Source of the DNA: an uncultured Gammaproteobacteria bacterium
GTDB lineage: Bacteria > Pseudomonadota > Gammaproteobacteria > UBA9214
Direction: 5' to 3'
DNA: 64,000 nt
Assembly (NCBI GenBank): GCA_963748215.1
Contig: CAVVHS010000005.1
Span: 32,001-96,000 of the forward strand
The first letter of the stretch is position 1. Every line of letters starts with the position of its first letter. Below the pieces are notes generated by a model. That model saw only the letters and a program-made list of their open reading frames with translations. It was not told where the DNA came from and ran no database searches. Positions 9,994-20,023 of the stretch are shown one piece after another. Both the position numbers and the translations under genes were made by a program.

Positions 9994-11040
9994 TCACCTG
10001 TCGTACAGCATCACATCCGCGACGATGTTCGCCCACTTCGAGAACTGCGGTACGGCGAAGATATCCTGGCCGATGGCGCGGTACATGTCGGAGACCAGCA
10101 TCACGCCCATCTCGCGCTGCGCGAAGGAGCCGGCGTAGTCGAGGATATGCCCGTAGATCTCCGCCGAGTTGGCCTCGCTGCGGGCGCGGATGGCGCGGCC
10201 GACCAGCGCGGCGGCGACCGCGTACTGCAGGTCGGTTTCCTTCGGCACGCGCACCTTCTCGCCGCGCACGATGGCGTCGATGTCCGGCAGCTTGTCGAGG
10301 TTCTCGACGAAGGCGGACAGCTCGATACCGGCGGCCGGTCCCACGCAGGCCTGCAGCGATCCGATCAGCAGGTCCTGCACGTCGCCGAACTTGTGCAGCG
10401 CGCGGTGCGCGAATTCCCAGGAGCGTGGCGAGGGAAACGCCACCGGGTTGTGCGCCGGGTCGAATTCGAACAGCAGCTCGGGACGGAAGCGCAGGAAGGC
10501 GATCAGGCGCTCGTCGATGTCGTGGGCATAGGCCCAGGCCACCCAGTCGTCGAGGTTGATATCGACGTCGAAATGCGAGAAGCGGTTGGCGAGCGGCGCC
10601 GGCATGGTGTAGGTCACACCGCGGTCGCCCTGGCGGTTGCCGGCGGCGAAGATTGCCCAGCCGTCCGGCACGGTGTACGCCCCGAGGCGCCGGTCGAGGA
10701 TCAGCTGGTAGGCCGCCGCGGATACGCTCGGCGGCACCGAGGTGATTTCGTCGAGAAACAGGATGCCCTGCCCGCCGTGGCGCTGCGCATCCGGCAGCAT
10801 GGACGGCACCGCCCATTCGACCTGGTTCTCGACACGGAACGGGATGCCGCGCAGGTCGCTCGGCTCCATCTGCGACAGGCGGATATCGATCACCGGCATG
10901 CCGTGGCGTTCCGCGATCTGCGCCACCATCTGCGACTTGCCCACGCCCGGCGGACCCCACAGCATGACCGGGGTGTGTTGTCCGTGGACGGCGGCCTGAA
11001 ACTCGCGTTCAAGCACGGTAAGCAGCTGGGCTGGGCGCAT
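9994..11040 (-). CDS. MoxR-like AAA+ ATPase
   Basis: Walker A GPPGVGKS, DIRLSQMEPSDLRGIP, Walker B LFLDE, AAGNR, LANRF, FPSPRSWE. Confidence 0.92.
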   Translation of the reverse strand: MRPAQLLTVLEREFQAAVHGQHTPVMLWGPPGVGKSQMVAQIAERHGMPVIDIRLSQMEPSDLRGIPFRVENQVEWAVPSMLPDAQRHGGQGILFLDEITSVPPSVSAAAYQLILDRRLGAYTVPDGWAIFAAGNRQGDRGVTYTMPAPLANRFSHFDVDINLDDWVAWAYAHDIDERLIAFLRFRPELLFEFDPAHNPVAFPSPRSWEFAHRALHKFGDVQDLLIGSLQACVGPAAGIELSAFVENLDKLPDIDAIVRGEKVRVPKETDLQYAVAAALVGRAIRARSEANSAEIYGHILDYAGSFAQREMGVMLVSDMYRAIGQDIFAVPQFSKWANIVADVMLYDR

Positions 11041-11153
11041 GGGATTCCCTTGAAATACGGTGATTCGTCAACTCGGCATCGGCAGGCGCATTCTACTGGC
11101 TTTACCCGCCAAAATCATGGCCGGAACCGCCAGGCCTGACCTCCCCGCACTGG

Positions 11154-12062
11154 TTACTGGCGCTGGCTCAGCCGCGCCAGGCCGTCGAGGATCTGCCGGC
11201 GCACATCGCCCGGCGCATCGACCAGTGTTTCCACCAGCCCGAACAAGGGATAGTTTTCCACCTCGACCAGGCGGTACTTTCTGACCATTGCCAGGGTGTG
11301 GATACCCTCGCCGGTCAGCCTGCCACAGTCGCCGTGCGCCAGCCGCCGGCCGAGTTCACGGTGATGCGAGCCGGCGCTGGTAGCGGTGGTGACGAGGTCA
11401 CCAAGGCCGGCCAGCTGCTGCGCGGTCGCCGCCTGGCCGCCTTTGCCAATGATGATGGCCTGCATTTCACTGAGCGCCTTCACGGTGAGAAAACCGCGTA
11501 CATTGTCGCCCAGCTGCAGCTCATCGGCGGCACCGAACAGTATGGCGTAGACGTTCTTGAGCACCGAGGCCCAGGAAATGCCGGTGATGTCTGCGGAATA
11601 TTCCAGTGAAAGCCCGCTGCCGTCAAACAGGCCGGTGACCGTGGCATAGCTGCCAGGCAGCGACACGCCCACCTGCGCAAAGGCAGGTCGGCCGGCGCGG
11701 ATCTCTTCGGCAATCATCGGTCCGTACAGCACGCCGTAGCGTCGCGTATCGCCATACACCCCGGCGAGGATCTGCGCAGCCGGACGGCCCTGCGCATCCA
11801 GTCCCTTCGCCACGCTCAGCGAGAGGCTTGCCGGTGCCATGACCGGCAGCACGCGCGCCGCCAGCTCGCCCAGCGGCGTGACCGGCACGCAAAAGAGAAC
11901 GCAGTCCGCACTGGCAGCGGCCGTCTCCAGATCCACAACCGGGTGGCCCTCGACCGGCCGGATATCCCAGTACGACAGCCGGTGCCGCGTCCCCAGCAGC
12001 CGCTCCATGGCATGCCCCATCTCGCCATAGCCGATAATGAGGACGGATTTTCCGGTTGCCAT
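11154..12062 (-). CDS. NAD(P)H-dependent glycerol-3-phosphate dehydrogenase family protein (short, divergent GpsA-like)
   Basis: GYGEMG Rossmann motif, VAKGL, GPMIAEEI, LKNVYAI, GDNVRG, GLGDLVTT, EGIHT. Confidence 0.85.
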   Translation of the reverse strand: MATGKSVLIIGYGEMGHAMERLLGTRHRLSYWDIRPVEGHPVVDLETAAASADCVLFCVPVTPLGELAARVLPVMAPASLSLSVAKGLDAQGRPAAQILAGVYGDTRRYGVLYGPMIAEEIRAGRPAFAQVGVSLPGSYATVTGLFDGSGLSLEYSADITGISWASVLKNVYAILFGAADELQLGDNVRGFLTVKALSEMQAIIIGKGGQAATAQQLAGLGDLVTTATSAGSHHRELGRRLAHGDCGRLTGEGIHTLAMVRKYRLVEVENYPLFGLVETLVDAPGDVRRQILDGLARLSQRQ

Positions 12063-12090
12063 CGCTATATCCGTTGAGCGCGTAAGGGCG

Positions 12091-12405
12091 CTACCTGATG
12101 AAGCTGCAGATGTAGTCGGTCGGGGCCCTGACCCGGACGGTGAACGTCGCGGCACCCGGCACGCTGAAGGACCCGCCCGCACCGACCGTTCTCCATTCCG
12201 TGCTGCCGGGCAGCAACACCTCCAGCTCGCCAGCCTGGATATCCATGACCTCCGGGTCAGCGGTATTGAACTCGTATTCCCCCGGCAACATGAAGCCCAG
12301 CGTCTTCAGCGAACCATCGGCAAAGCGCAGCGTGCGACTGCTGACATTGCCGTTGAAATAGACATTGGCTTTTTTTACCACCGTGACATTGCTGAATTCA
12401 GGCAT
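12091..12405 (-). CDS. ppnP: Pyrimidine/purine nucleoside phosphorylase (DUF1255)
   Basis: KKANVYFNGNVSSRT...KTLGFMLPGEYEFNT...DYICSF. Confidence 0.9.
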   Translation of the reverse strand: MPEFSNVTVVKKANVYFNGNVSSRTLRFADGSLKTLGFMLPGEYEFNTADPEVMDIQAGELEVLLPGSTEWRTVGAGGSFSVPGAATFTVRVRAPTDYICSFIR

Positions 12406-12537
12406 TGCGTTTTCCTTTCGTGAACATGATCCAGGTGCACCCATGGTAGAAAATAATGCCGCCGAACACCATTCACCGGTATACGCCTTCAGTGCGTTTT
12501 GAACGATAGGGAAAGGTATTTGGCGAAGTCAGCCGGT

Positions 12538-12969
12538 TCAGCGCAGCGGCGCGACCTGGCCGTGCTCCAGATAATGCAGGTAGTCGGCGATGATCAGGTC
12601 ATGGTCGAAGACCAGTCGCGGACAGAACTGCGGCAGATACAGCTCCAGCTTTTTTGCGTCGTCGGCGGCACGCGGCTCACCCGTGGCTTCTGCAATGTAC
12701 ACGGGCGTGATGGTATGTCCGCGTGGATCGCGTGCAGGATCTGAATAGACCCCCAGCAGCAGCTTGAGCCGGACATCCAGCGTGGTTTCTTCTTTCGCCT
12801 CGCGCACGGCGGCCGCCTCCAGCGTCTCGCCGACATCGACAAAGCCGCCGGGAATGGCCCAGCCATGCGGCGGGTTCCTGCGTTCGATCAGTACGATGGG
12901 CCGGCCCGGCCGGTCGGCCATTTCGATAAGGGTGTCCACTGCGACGGCCGGTGTTTCTGGTCGGCTCAT
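12538..12969 (-). CDS. NUDIX hydrolase
   Basis: Nudix box [25 protein letters not shown]; [11 protein letters not shown]. Confidence 0.93.
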   Translation of the reverse strand: MSRPETPAVAVDTLIEMADRPGRPIVLIERRNPPHGWAIPGGFVDVGETLEAAAVREAKEETTLDVRLKLLLGVYSDPARDPRGHTITPVYIAEATGEPRAADDAKKLELYLPQFCPRLVFDHDLIIADYLHYLEHGQVAPLR

Positions 12970-13367
12970 GTCGGGTCCTGTTGCTTGAAACGGTGAATGA
13001 GGCGGCGCGTACGCTTGTCCGGGCGCCGTTCGCGCACCCTGGCATGATGGCCTTCCAGCTTGCGCTGCGCAAACAGGGCATGGCGCGTGTCGGCGCTTTG
13101 TTCGGATTCGATATACAGGGTGCGCGCCTCCCCGGCCGGGCGCCGCTGCGCGGACAGCTTCACCACGCTCACCTCGAACCGGTACGGGCCCTTGCGGATG
13201 GTCAGCACGTCGCCCGCCGCGAGCTGGCGCGAGGGCTTGATGCGATTGCCGTTGTGATGCACCTTGCCGCCGTTGATGGCCTCGGTGGCCAGCGCACGGG
13301 TCTTGTAGAAGCGCGCCGCCCACAGCCACTTGTCGATGCGCATGGTTTGTCTTGATTCGTCGCCCAT
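12966..13367 (-). CDS. hslR: Ribosome-associated heat shock protein Hsp15 (S4 domain)
   Basis: [18 protein letters not shown]...[12 protein letters not shown]; start could be 13343. Confidence 0.92.
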   Translation of the reverse strand: MGDESRQTMRIDKWLWAARFYKTRALATEAINGGKVHHNGNRIKPSRQLAAGDVLTIRKGPYRFEVSVVKLSAQRRPAGEARTLYIESEQSADTRHALFAQRKLEGHHARVRERRPDKRTRRLIHRFKQQDPT

Positions 13368-13375
13368 CAGCTCAT

Positions 13376-13567
13376 TGTCGCGCAAAGGTGCAAAGAAAAG
13401 CCACAGAGGGCACGGTGTACACAGAGATCAATCATGCAATGTAGGGTGCGTTTCACGCACCGGAAACGGTGCGCACAGCGCACCCTACGAAAACCTTTCG
13501 CGACACTCTCCGCAGGGAGACAGGATGCAGCGTTTATTTCCGTGTTATTCCGTGTGCTTCCGTGGCG
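13376..13567. repeat. Intergenic repeat cluster including an inverted GTAG-REP pair (13441-13488) and GCCAC(A/G)GA-type short repeats
   Basis: gtagggtgcgtttcacgcacc...ggtgcgcacagcgcaccctac; gccacagagggcac and ttccgtgttattccgtgtgcttccgtggc, related sequences at 17281-17351. Confidence 0.65.
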
Positions 13568-13591
13568 ATTTTTAAATATTCTTGATAAGTC

Positions 13592-14245
13592 CTACAGTTG
13601 CTGCCCCTGCCGCTGTTGCGAGGCCAGGCCGGCGCGCGCGGTCGACACGAACCGTGCATAGGGCATGGCGCCGTCCAGGCGGTGCTGTTCACTGAAAAAC
13701 ACCGTCGGTGTCGCACGTACCGCGTACTTGCCGGCCGCCGCCAGGTTCTGCTGCAGCGTTTCCACGTACTGCGGATCGGACCAGGCCTTTTCCACGATGT
13801 CCGCCGGCACCCCGCACTCGGCGGCCAGCTGCCGCAGCAGCGCCGTATCACCGATATTAAGACCGTCAACGAAATACGCCTCGAACAGGCGCCGGTGCAG
13901 CACGTAGAAGGTATCGGCACCGGCCTGCTTGGCGGCCTCGGCCAGCAGCAGGGCCTGGTGCGAATTGGCGTTGATCGTCTGCTCACGCAGTGTCACACCC
14001 TCCTCTGCCGCCAGGTGTGCCAGGTTGTCCATCATCAGGCGCCAGCGGGCATCGTCATAGCCGAGATCGGTGATCGGCATGCCCCCGGCCGGCGTCTCGG
14101 GATGGATCTCGAGCAACATCCAGTTGATCTTCAGATCGAAATGTTCGCGCAGGCGGTCCAGGCGCAGGTCGCCGATGTAACAGAACGGACAGATGTAATC
14201 GGAGAATACAGTAGCGAGCAGGACGGGTTTTTCGGTAGCGGACAT
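13592..14245 (-). CDS. DsbA-family (FrnE-like) oxidoreductase
   Basis: FSDYICPFCYIG, EIHPETP, VRATPTVFF. Confidence 0.9.
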   Translation of the reverse strand: MSATEKPVLLATVFSDYICPFCYIGDLRLDRLREHFDLKINWMLLEIHPETPAGGMPITDLGYDDARWRLMMDNLAHLAAEEGVTLREQTINANSHQALLLAEAAKQAGADTFYVLHRRLFEAYFVDGLNIGDTALLRQLAAECGVPADIVEKAWSDPQYVETLQQNLAAAGKYAVRATPTVFFSEQHRLDGAMPYARFVSTARAGLASQQRQGQQL

Positions 14246-14261
14246 GAAGACCTCTCGAAGA

Positions 14262-14289
14262 GCCCCTCTCCCGGACGGGGGAGAGGGGC
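14262..14289. repeat. CCCCTCTCCC...GGGAGAGGGG palindrome (terminator-like/dispersed repeat)
   Basis: gcccctctccc-ggacgg-gggagaggggc hairpin downstream of htpG. Confidence 0.5.
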
Positions 14290-14356
14290 ACATAAAGCTG
14301 CGGCATGGTGGATCACAGCCGCCGGCCCCGGGTTAAGCCCGACTGGCCACCAATGT

Positions 14357-16270
14357 CTATTGACCGCCAGTCACCGGGCTGGTCATCGCCTGCAGCAACT
14401 GGTTCAACCGGTTGACGAAGGACACCGGGTCCTCAAGCTGGCCGCCCTCGCTGAGCATGGCCTGGTCGAGCAGGATGTTCGACCAGTCGGCAAAGCGCAC
14501 GTTGTCCGCCTCATCCTGCAGGCGGCTCACCAGCGGGTGGGTCGGGTTGACTTCCAGTACCGGCTTGCTGACCGGCACCTCGTGACCGGCCTGGCGCAGC
14601 ATGTGCTGCATGTGCACGGGCATGTCCTGCTCGCCCATCACCAGGCAGGACGGCGATTCGGTCAGGCGCTGGCTCACCCGCACCTCCGCGACGCGCTCGC
14701 CCAGCGTCTCCTGCATGCGCCTGACCAGGCCGGCGTACTCTTCCCCGGTCTTTTTCGCCGCGGCTTTTTCCGCTTCATCGGCCAGCTTGTCGAGGTCCAG
14801 CTCGCCCTTGGCTACCGAGGCCAGCGGCTTGCCGTCGTACTCGTGCAGGTGCGACACCAGCCACTCGTCGACGCGGTCGGACAGCAGCAGCACCTCGATG
14901 CCCTTGCGTCGGAAGATCTGCAGGTGCGGGCTGTTTTTCGCCGCGGCGAAGGTCTCGGCGGTGATGTAGTAGATTTTGTCCTGGCCATCCTTCATGCGCT
15001 TGATGTAGTCGTCCAGCGCAACCGTCTGCTCCGCGCTGTCGGCCGCGGTACTGGCGAAGCGCAGCAGTTTCGAAATGCGTTCACGATTGGCAAAGTCCTC
15101 GCCCGGCCCCTCCTTCAGCACGCGGCCGAACTGCTGCCAGAACTGCGCATACAGCTCCGGCTTCTCGCCTGCCATGCCCTCGAGCATGCCCAGAACCTTC
15201 TTGACCGAGCCCGCGCGGATGGTGTCGATCAGCCGGTTGTGCTGCAGGATTTCACGCGATACATTCAGCGGCAGATCGTCGGAGTCCACCAGGCCGCGCA
15301 CGAAGCGCAGGTAATAGGGCATCAGCTGCTCGGCGTCGTCCATGATGAACACACGCCGCACGTACAGCTTGATGCCGTGCCGGCTGTCGCGGTCGTACAG
15401 GTCGAACGGCGCGCGCGTCGGCACGTAGAACAGCGAAGTGTAGGACTGCGTGCCCTCGACGTGGCTGTGCACCCACCGCATCGGGTCTTCGAAATCGTGC
15501 GCGACGTGCTTGTAGAATTCGGTGTATTCCTCGTCGCTGATTTCGCTGCGCGGCCGGGTCCACAGCGCGGAGGCCTTGTTGACCGCCTCGAATTCGCCCG
15601 TGGCCTGCTCCTCGTCCGCGGCCTGCTTCGGCATCTCGATCGGCAGCGGGATGTGGTCGGAGTACTTGCTGACGATGCTGCGCAGCCGGAAGCCGTCGAG
15701 GAACTCGTCCTCGCCCTCGCGCAGGTGCAGCACGATTTCGGTGCCGCGAGCGGCCTTCTCGACTGTCTCCAGGGTGTAGCTGCCGTCTCCGGCCGAAACC
15801 CAGCGCACGCCCTGGGCGGCCGGCAGGCCGGCCTTGCGCGTGGTCAGGGTCACCTTGTCGGCGACGATGAAAGCGGAGTAGAAACCGACGCCGAACTGGC
15901 CGATCAGCTGCGTATCCTTCGCCTGGTCGCCGGTCAGCGATTCGAAGAACTGCCGGGTGCCGGACCTGGCGATGGTGCCGATGTTGTCGACCACCTCGTC
16001 ACGCGTCATGCCGATGCCACTGTCAGACACCGTAACGGTACGCGCTGTCTTGTCGAAATCGATACGGATACCGAGCTGCGTGTCACCCTCGTATAGCGCG
16101 TCGTTGGCGAGCGCCTCGAAGCGCAGCTTGTCGCAGGCATCGGAACCGTTGGAGATCAGTTCGCGCAGGAAGATTTCCTTGTTCGAATACAGCGAATGGA
16201 TCATCAGGTGCAGCAGCTGCTTCACCTCGGTCTGGAATTCGAGGGTTTCTCTCTGTGCATCAACTGTCAT
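14357..16270 (-). CDS. htpG: Molecular chaperone HtpG (Hsp90)
   Basis: [51 protein letters not shown]. Confidence 0.98.
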   Translation of the reverse strand: MTVDAQRETLEFQTEVKQLLHLMIHSLYSNKEIFLRELISNGSDACDKLRFEALANDALYEGDTQLGIRIDFDKTARTVTVSDSGIGMTRDEVVDNIGTIARSGTRQFFESLTGDQAKDTQLIGQFGVGFYSAFIVADKVTLTTRKAGLPAAQGVRWVSAGDGSYTLETVEKAARGTEIVLHLREGEDEFLDGFRLRSIVSKYSDHIPLPIEMPKQAADEEQATGEFEAVNKASALWTRPRSEISDEEYTEFYKHVAHDFEDPMRWVHSHVEGTQSYTSLFYVPTRAPFDLYDRDSRHGIKLYVRRVFIMDDAEQLMPYYLRFVRGLVDSDDLPLNVSREILQHNRLIDTIRAGSVKKVLGMLEGMAGEKPELYAQFWQQFGRVLKEGPGEDFANRERISKLLRFASTAADSAEQTVALDDYIKRMKDGQDKIYYITAETFAAAKNSPHLQIFRRKGIEVLLLSDRVDEWLVSHLHEYDGKPLASVAKGELDLDKLADEAEKAAAKKTGEEYAGLVRRMQETLGERVAEVRVSQRLTESPSCLVMGEQDMPVHMQHMLRQAGHEVPVSKPVLEVNPTHPLVSRLQDEADNVRFADWSNILLDQAMLSEGGQLEDPVSFVNRLNQLLQAMTSPVTGGQ

Positions 16271-16324
16271 GCGTCATACTCCTGAAAATGCTGTGGATAG
16301 TCGCCAGATGGGGGCAGATCAGCG

Positions 16325-16834
16325 CTATTTCAAGCCCTTGAGGTCGACACCCTCGTGCCCCAGCAGCCAGCGCTTGCGGCGCAGCGGCGGCCCCGACATG
16401 TGGCCGCTATAACCGCCCGCGCCGCTGCTGCTGACCACGCGATGGCAAGGCACCACCACGGGCACCGGGTTGTGCCGGCAGGCATTGCCCACGGCACGCG
16501 CACCGCTGCCGAGCTGCCGCGCGAGCTCGCCGTAGGTGCGCGTCTGGCCCTGAGGAATCGCGCACAGGGCCTGCCACACGCGCTGCTGGAAGTCCGTGCC
16601 GTCCAGCTGCACGGGCAGGCCAACCGGCCGGCTGCCATCAGTGAAATACCGTTCCAGCGCGCGTGCCACGCGGCGCGCACCGGCGCTGCTGCCATCCACC
16701 GGCTGGCGGGAGGCCGGCAGGTAGTCGATGCAGGTCACGGCGTTGTGTTCCAGGCGAATGCCCAGCGGACCGAGTGGCGAGGCGAATATCAGCGCATAGT
16801 CCGGGGCCGGATGCTGTTTTTTTCCTGCAGTCAT
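16325..16834 (-). CDS. ogt: Methylated-DNA--protein-cysteine S-methyltransferase
   Basis: GTDFQQRVW, TYGELA, RAVGNAC, VPCHRVV active site. Confidence 0.92.
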   Translation of the reverse strand: MTAGKKQHPAPDYALIFASPLGPLGIRLEHNAVTCIDYLPASRQPVDGSSAGARRVARALERYFTDGSRPVGLPVQLDGTDFQQRVWQALCAIPQGQTRTYGELARQLGSGARAVGNACRHNPVPVVVPCHRVVSSSGAGGYSGHMSGPPLRRKRWLLGHEGVDLKGLK

Positions 16835-16966
16835 GAAAATATCCTCCCTTCCCGGCATGACCGGAAAATTTCAACTTAACAGGGCTTCAATATCCATTTT
16901 TCACCAGGAACGCTGGAATTATGGCCCATGGTGGTCGATTTTGACTGGATTCCCTGGTCGCTGCGG

Positions 16967-17119
16967 GCATGGCCCAGGCCAGCTCTCGACCCGGGCTATG
17001 CCCGAAAAATGGTCTCTCCTTCTCCAGCCCTCTCGCGACGCTGGCAGAAGTCCGAGTGTCGCGAAGCACAGGGAGAAGGTGAGACCGCGTAGCGGTCGAG
17101 AGGCTGGCCTGGGCTATGT
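16967..17119. repeat. ~150-nt interrupted long hairpin element
   Basis: Nested complementary blocks gcatggcccaggccagc/gctggcctgggctatgt, tctcgacc/ggtcgaga, ggtctc/gagacc, ccttctcc/ggagaagg, tcgcgac/gtcgcga; one arm recurs at 38674-38717. Confidence 0.65.
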
Positions 17120-17170
17120 GCGAGAGCGCCCGCTTGTACTTCACTGTACTTCGTACGCGGGAATGGCATA

Positions 17171-17271
17171 AGAATTCTCTGATTAATTCGTCATGCCGGC
17201 GAAGGCCGGCATCCAGGTCATTGAAGAATCTGGATCCCGGCATGACGATGAGTGAATTAATCAGAGGTTCC
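17171..17271. mobile_element. Second copy of the MITE-like repeat at 4013-4125 (small internal deletion)
   Basis: ctctgattaattcgtcatgccggcgaaggccggcatccaggtcattgaa...gaattaatcagaggttcc. Confidence 0.75.
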
Positions 17272-17394
17272 ATAAATAAACTCTGTGCGCTCTGTTTTCT
17301 CTGTGGCTGTTTTTTATTCATTACCTTGGCGACTTTGCGTCTTGGCGCGAGAAAATCTGTAAATTCCCGATGCAGCGCATCTCCCCACAAACGC

Positions 17395-17424
17395 AAACGG
17401 GCACCCCGTTACCGGGGTGCCCGT
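17395..17424 (-). terminator. Terminator of rpsP-rimM-trmD-rplS operon
   Basis: acgggcacccc/ggggtgcccgt hairpin followed by TTT on minus strand. Confidence 0.7.
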
Positions 17425-17456
17425 CAGTATAGACCGCGAACCGGTTGCGGGGAGGC

Positions 17457-17801
17457 CTAGAGCTTTTCCTTGATGCGGGCGGACTTGCCGGACAGTTCGC
17501 GCAGGTAGTAGAGCTTGGCGCGACGCACGTCGCCCTTGCGCTTGACCTTGATGGAGCCGATCGCTGCGCTGTGGGTCTGGAACACGCGTTCCACGCCCTC
17601 GCCGTGAGAGATCTTGCGCACCGTGAAGGCCGAGTTCATGCCGCGATTGCGCTTGGCGATACACACTCCCTCGAACGCCTGCAGACGCTCGCGATCACCT
17701 TCCTTCACCTTCACCTCGACCACGACGGTGTCACCGGGACTGAAGTCCGGAATGTCCTTGCGCATCTGTTCCTGTTCAAGCTGTTCGATAATGTTGCTCA
17801 T
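17457..17801 (-). CDS. rplS: 50S ribosomal protein L19
   Basis: [37 protein letters not shown]. Confidence 0.98.
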   Translation of the reverse strand: MSNIIEQLEQEQMRKDIPDFSPGDTVVVEVKVKEGDRERLQAFEGVCIAKRNRGMNSAFTVRKISHGEGVERVFQTHSAAIGSIKVKRKGDVRRAKLYYLRELSGKSARIKEKL

Positions 17802-17839
17802 GACTCGATCCTCGGTTTCAAAATACGGCGATTGATCAC

Positions 17840-18586
17840 TCAATTGCCTGGTTCATGCTCATTGATAAATTCATCCAGCAGCCGCTGCTGCTCGTCGCTC
17901 AGGCGCATCCGCGCCAGCAGGTCCGGGCGCCGCAGCCAGGTCCTGCCCAGCGCCTGCTTTTGGCGCCAGCGCCGGATCGCGGCGTGGTCACCGCTCAGCA
18001 GCACCGCCGGCACGTCCCTGCCCTCGATCCGCTCCGGCCGCGTGTAGTGCGGATAATCCAGCAGACCGTCCATGAAGGAGTCGGCAAGCGCCGAATCCGC
18101 CGCACCCAGCGCACCGGGCAGGAGCCGCGTCACCGCATCCATTACCAGCAGCGCCGGCAGTTCGCCGCCGCTCAGCACGAAATCGCCGACCGACAGCTCT
18201 TCATCGACTTCCAGCTCGACGAGCCGCTCGTCGATCCCCTCGTAGCGCCCCGCCACGAGGACCAGTCGTTCCTGCGTCGCCAGTTCGCGCGCACGCTGCT
18301 GGTCGAAGCGTGCACCCTGCGGCGACAGGCAGATTACCCGGGCCGCCCCCGATTCCGCCGACCGCGCCGCGCGGATCGCGTCGCGCAGCGGCTGCACCTG
18401 CATCACCATGCCGGGACCGCCGCCGTACGGCCGGTCATCGACGTTGCGGTGCCGGTCGGTGGTGAAATCACGTGGATTCCATGTCCCCAGTTCCAGCACG
18501 CCCTGCGCGATGGCGCGGCCCTGGATACCATAGCCGCTGAGATCCCGGATCATCTCCGGAAACAGCGTCACCACATCGATGCGCAT
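17840..18586 (-). CDS. trmD: tRNA (guanine-N1)-methyltransferase
   Basis: [40 protein letters not shown]. Confidence 0.98.
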   Translation of the reverse strand: MRIDVVTLFPEMIRDLSGYGIQGRAIAQGVLELGTWNPRDFTTDRHRNVDDRPYGGGPGMVMQVQPLRDAIRAARSAESGAARVICLSPQGARFDQQRARELATQERLVLVAGRYEGIDERLVELEVDEELSVGDFVLSGGELPALLVMDAVTRLLPGALGAADSALADSFMDGLLDYPHYTRPERIEGRDVPAVLLSGDHAAIRRWRQKQALGRTWLRRPDLLARMRLSDEQQRLLDEFINEHEPGN

Positions 18587-18596
18587 CGTGCGCCGC

Positions 18597-19130
18597 TCAG
18601 TAATCGGGGTCCCAATCGACCCGTATCACGCGCTGCTCGAGATCAACCGCCTCGACCACCTGGCCGATCACGAACGGCACCAGGATTTCGCGCTCGCCCC
18701 TGACCACCAGGACATCGTTGGCGCCGGTCTCGACCAGGTGATCGACCGTGCCGAGTACCCGGCCCAGCTTCGTCATGACCTGCAGCCCGATCAGGTCATT
18801 CCAGTAATATTCGTTTTCACCGGCCGCCGGCAGCTGGCTGCGCCAGACACCGATTTCCGTGCCGGTCAGACCCATGGCGGCATCGCGGTCCGTACAGTCG
18901 GCCAGCAGCGCCACCAGGCCCTTGCCATGCGGTCGCGCATCCAGCACCTCGGCCTCGCGCCAGTCGCCGTCGTGGCCGAAATACCACGGCGTGTAATCCA
19001 GCAGGCCGTCGGACAGCTCGGTGAACGCGGTTATGCGCACCCAGCCCTTGACGCCGAAGGGTCCTGCAATGCGACCCATGACCAGCATCTCGTCCTGCGC
19101 ATCTCTGTCCGTACCTGCATTCCCGGGCAT
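18597..19130 (-). CDS. rimM: 16S rRNA processing protein RimM
   Basis: [35 protein letters not shown]. Confidence 0.95.
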   Translation of the reverse strand: MPGNAGTDRDAQDEMLVMGRIAGPFGVKGWVRITAFTELSDGLLDYTPWYFGHDGDWREAEVLDARPHGKGLVALLADCTDRDAAMGLTGTEIGVWRSQLPAAGENEYYWNDLIGLQVMTKLGRVLGTVDHLVETGANDVLVVRGEREILVPFVIGQVVEAVDLEQRVIRVDWDPDY

Positions 19131-19152
19131 ACCGGCAACCCGAGCCCCCGCG

Positions 19153-19398
19153 TTACTGGGCCTGCTGTACCTTCAGCAAATGCGCCACACGATCGGATAT
19201 CACGGCACCCTGGCTTGCCCAGTGATCCGCACGTTCGGTATCGATGCGCAAACGCACCTCGCCGCCGGTTGCCACCGGGTTGAAAAATCCGATTCGCTCG
19301 ATATAGCGTCCGTCCCGGCGATTACGGCTATCCGTCACCACGATGTGGTAGAACGGACGCTTCTTGGCGCCGCCACGTGACATTCTGATTGTCACCAT
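19153..19398 (-). CDS. rpsP: 30S ribosomal protein S16
   Basis: [41 protein letters not shown]. Confidence 0.98.
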   Translation of the reverse strand: MVTIRMSRGGAKKRPFYHIVVTDSRNRRDGRYIERIGFFNPVATGGEVRLRIDTERADHWASQGAVISDRVAHLLKVQQAQ

Positions 19399-19470
19399 AA
19401 AACCTGTCCTCTGCCTGAAAATCCGCCCATGCACCCGCACCTGAAAAATGCGGCTGCTGAAAGCCGGGCA

Positions 19471-19498
19471 ATTCTACGCGAATTCCGGGAAATGTGAA
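19471..19498 (-). promoter_or_regulatory. Probable sigma70 promoter of rpsP operon
   Basis: Minus strand TTCACA...TAGAAT followed by GC-rich discriminator. Confidence 0.5.
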
Positions 19499-19812
19499 GG
19501 GTTGCAGGCAATTAACCCGTGACGGTTGCACGTCACCCGGGATCGATCTTCGTCACGTGACACGCCATGTCGGGACACGCTGCCATCGGCTGGACGATCG
19601 TCCAGGTTGTCGAGATTGGTTACAGTCACTTCACGACGCCATCCCCTGCGGCGCGCAGCCGATTAGTTATTGTTTTCTCGATATTTCTCCCGCGACAGCG
19701 GCACGCGCCAAGGCGGCCGGTCTGTCGGCATTTCTTACGCAGTCGCGCCGGCGCCGGCGCCGCAATTCGGGGCAGCCATCTAACCCATTCTGCTAAATAG
19801 GGTTTTCAAGGC

Positions 19813-19828
19813 TGGCACGGCATTTGCT
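19813..19828 (+). promoter_or_regulatory. sigma54 (-24/-12) promoter
   Basis: TGGCACGGCATTTGCT fits TGGCACG-N4-TTGCW with exact GG-N10-GC spacing; predicted +1 near 19839. Confidence 0.8.
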
Positions 19829-19838
19829 TATTTACCAA

Positions 19839-20023
19839 GGCGAGCAAAGAAGAAAAGAACAAGGGGGGGAGGTAGTTCCAACGACACAAGAACAGGAGCT
19901 CTCTGCACAACAATTACAAGAACCGGCTTGCGCAGTGGTATCTGTACCAGCAGTACAAGAACAACAAATTCGATACCCTTATCGCGCAATGTTTGACGGT
20001 GGCCCAGGCCACCGTATTATTTT
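19839..20023 (+). ncRNA. Candidate CrcZ-like Hfq-sequestering sRNA
   Basis: Between the sigma54 promoter and a terminator; A-rich AAGAAGAA/AAGAACAA/ACAACAA/AAGAACAACAA tracts; no ATG-initiated ORF. Confidence 0.6.
19996..20023 (+). terminator. Rho-independent terminator of candidate sRNA
   Basis: acggtggc-ccag-gccaccgt hairpin followed by attatttt. Confidence 0.6.

Noticed and set aside
13598-16096. 832-aa + strand ORF, and similar long antisense ORFs (20127-21506, 29354-30670, 39168-40802, 50828-52342)
   Set aside because: Shadow frames opposite htpG, ffh, radA, rnr and mutL, typical of high-GC codon bias; no motifs
16967-17119. 6S RNA (ssrS)
   Set aside because: Rod-like but no recognisable 6S sequence, not in zapA-ygfA context, and an arm is repeated elsewhere; kept only as a structured repeat
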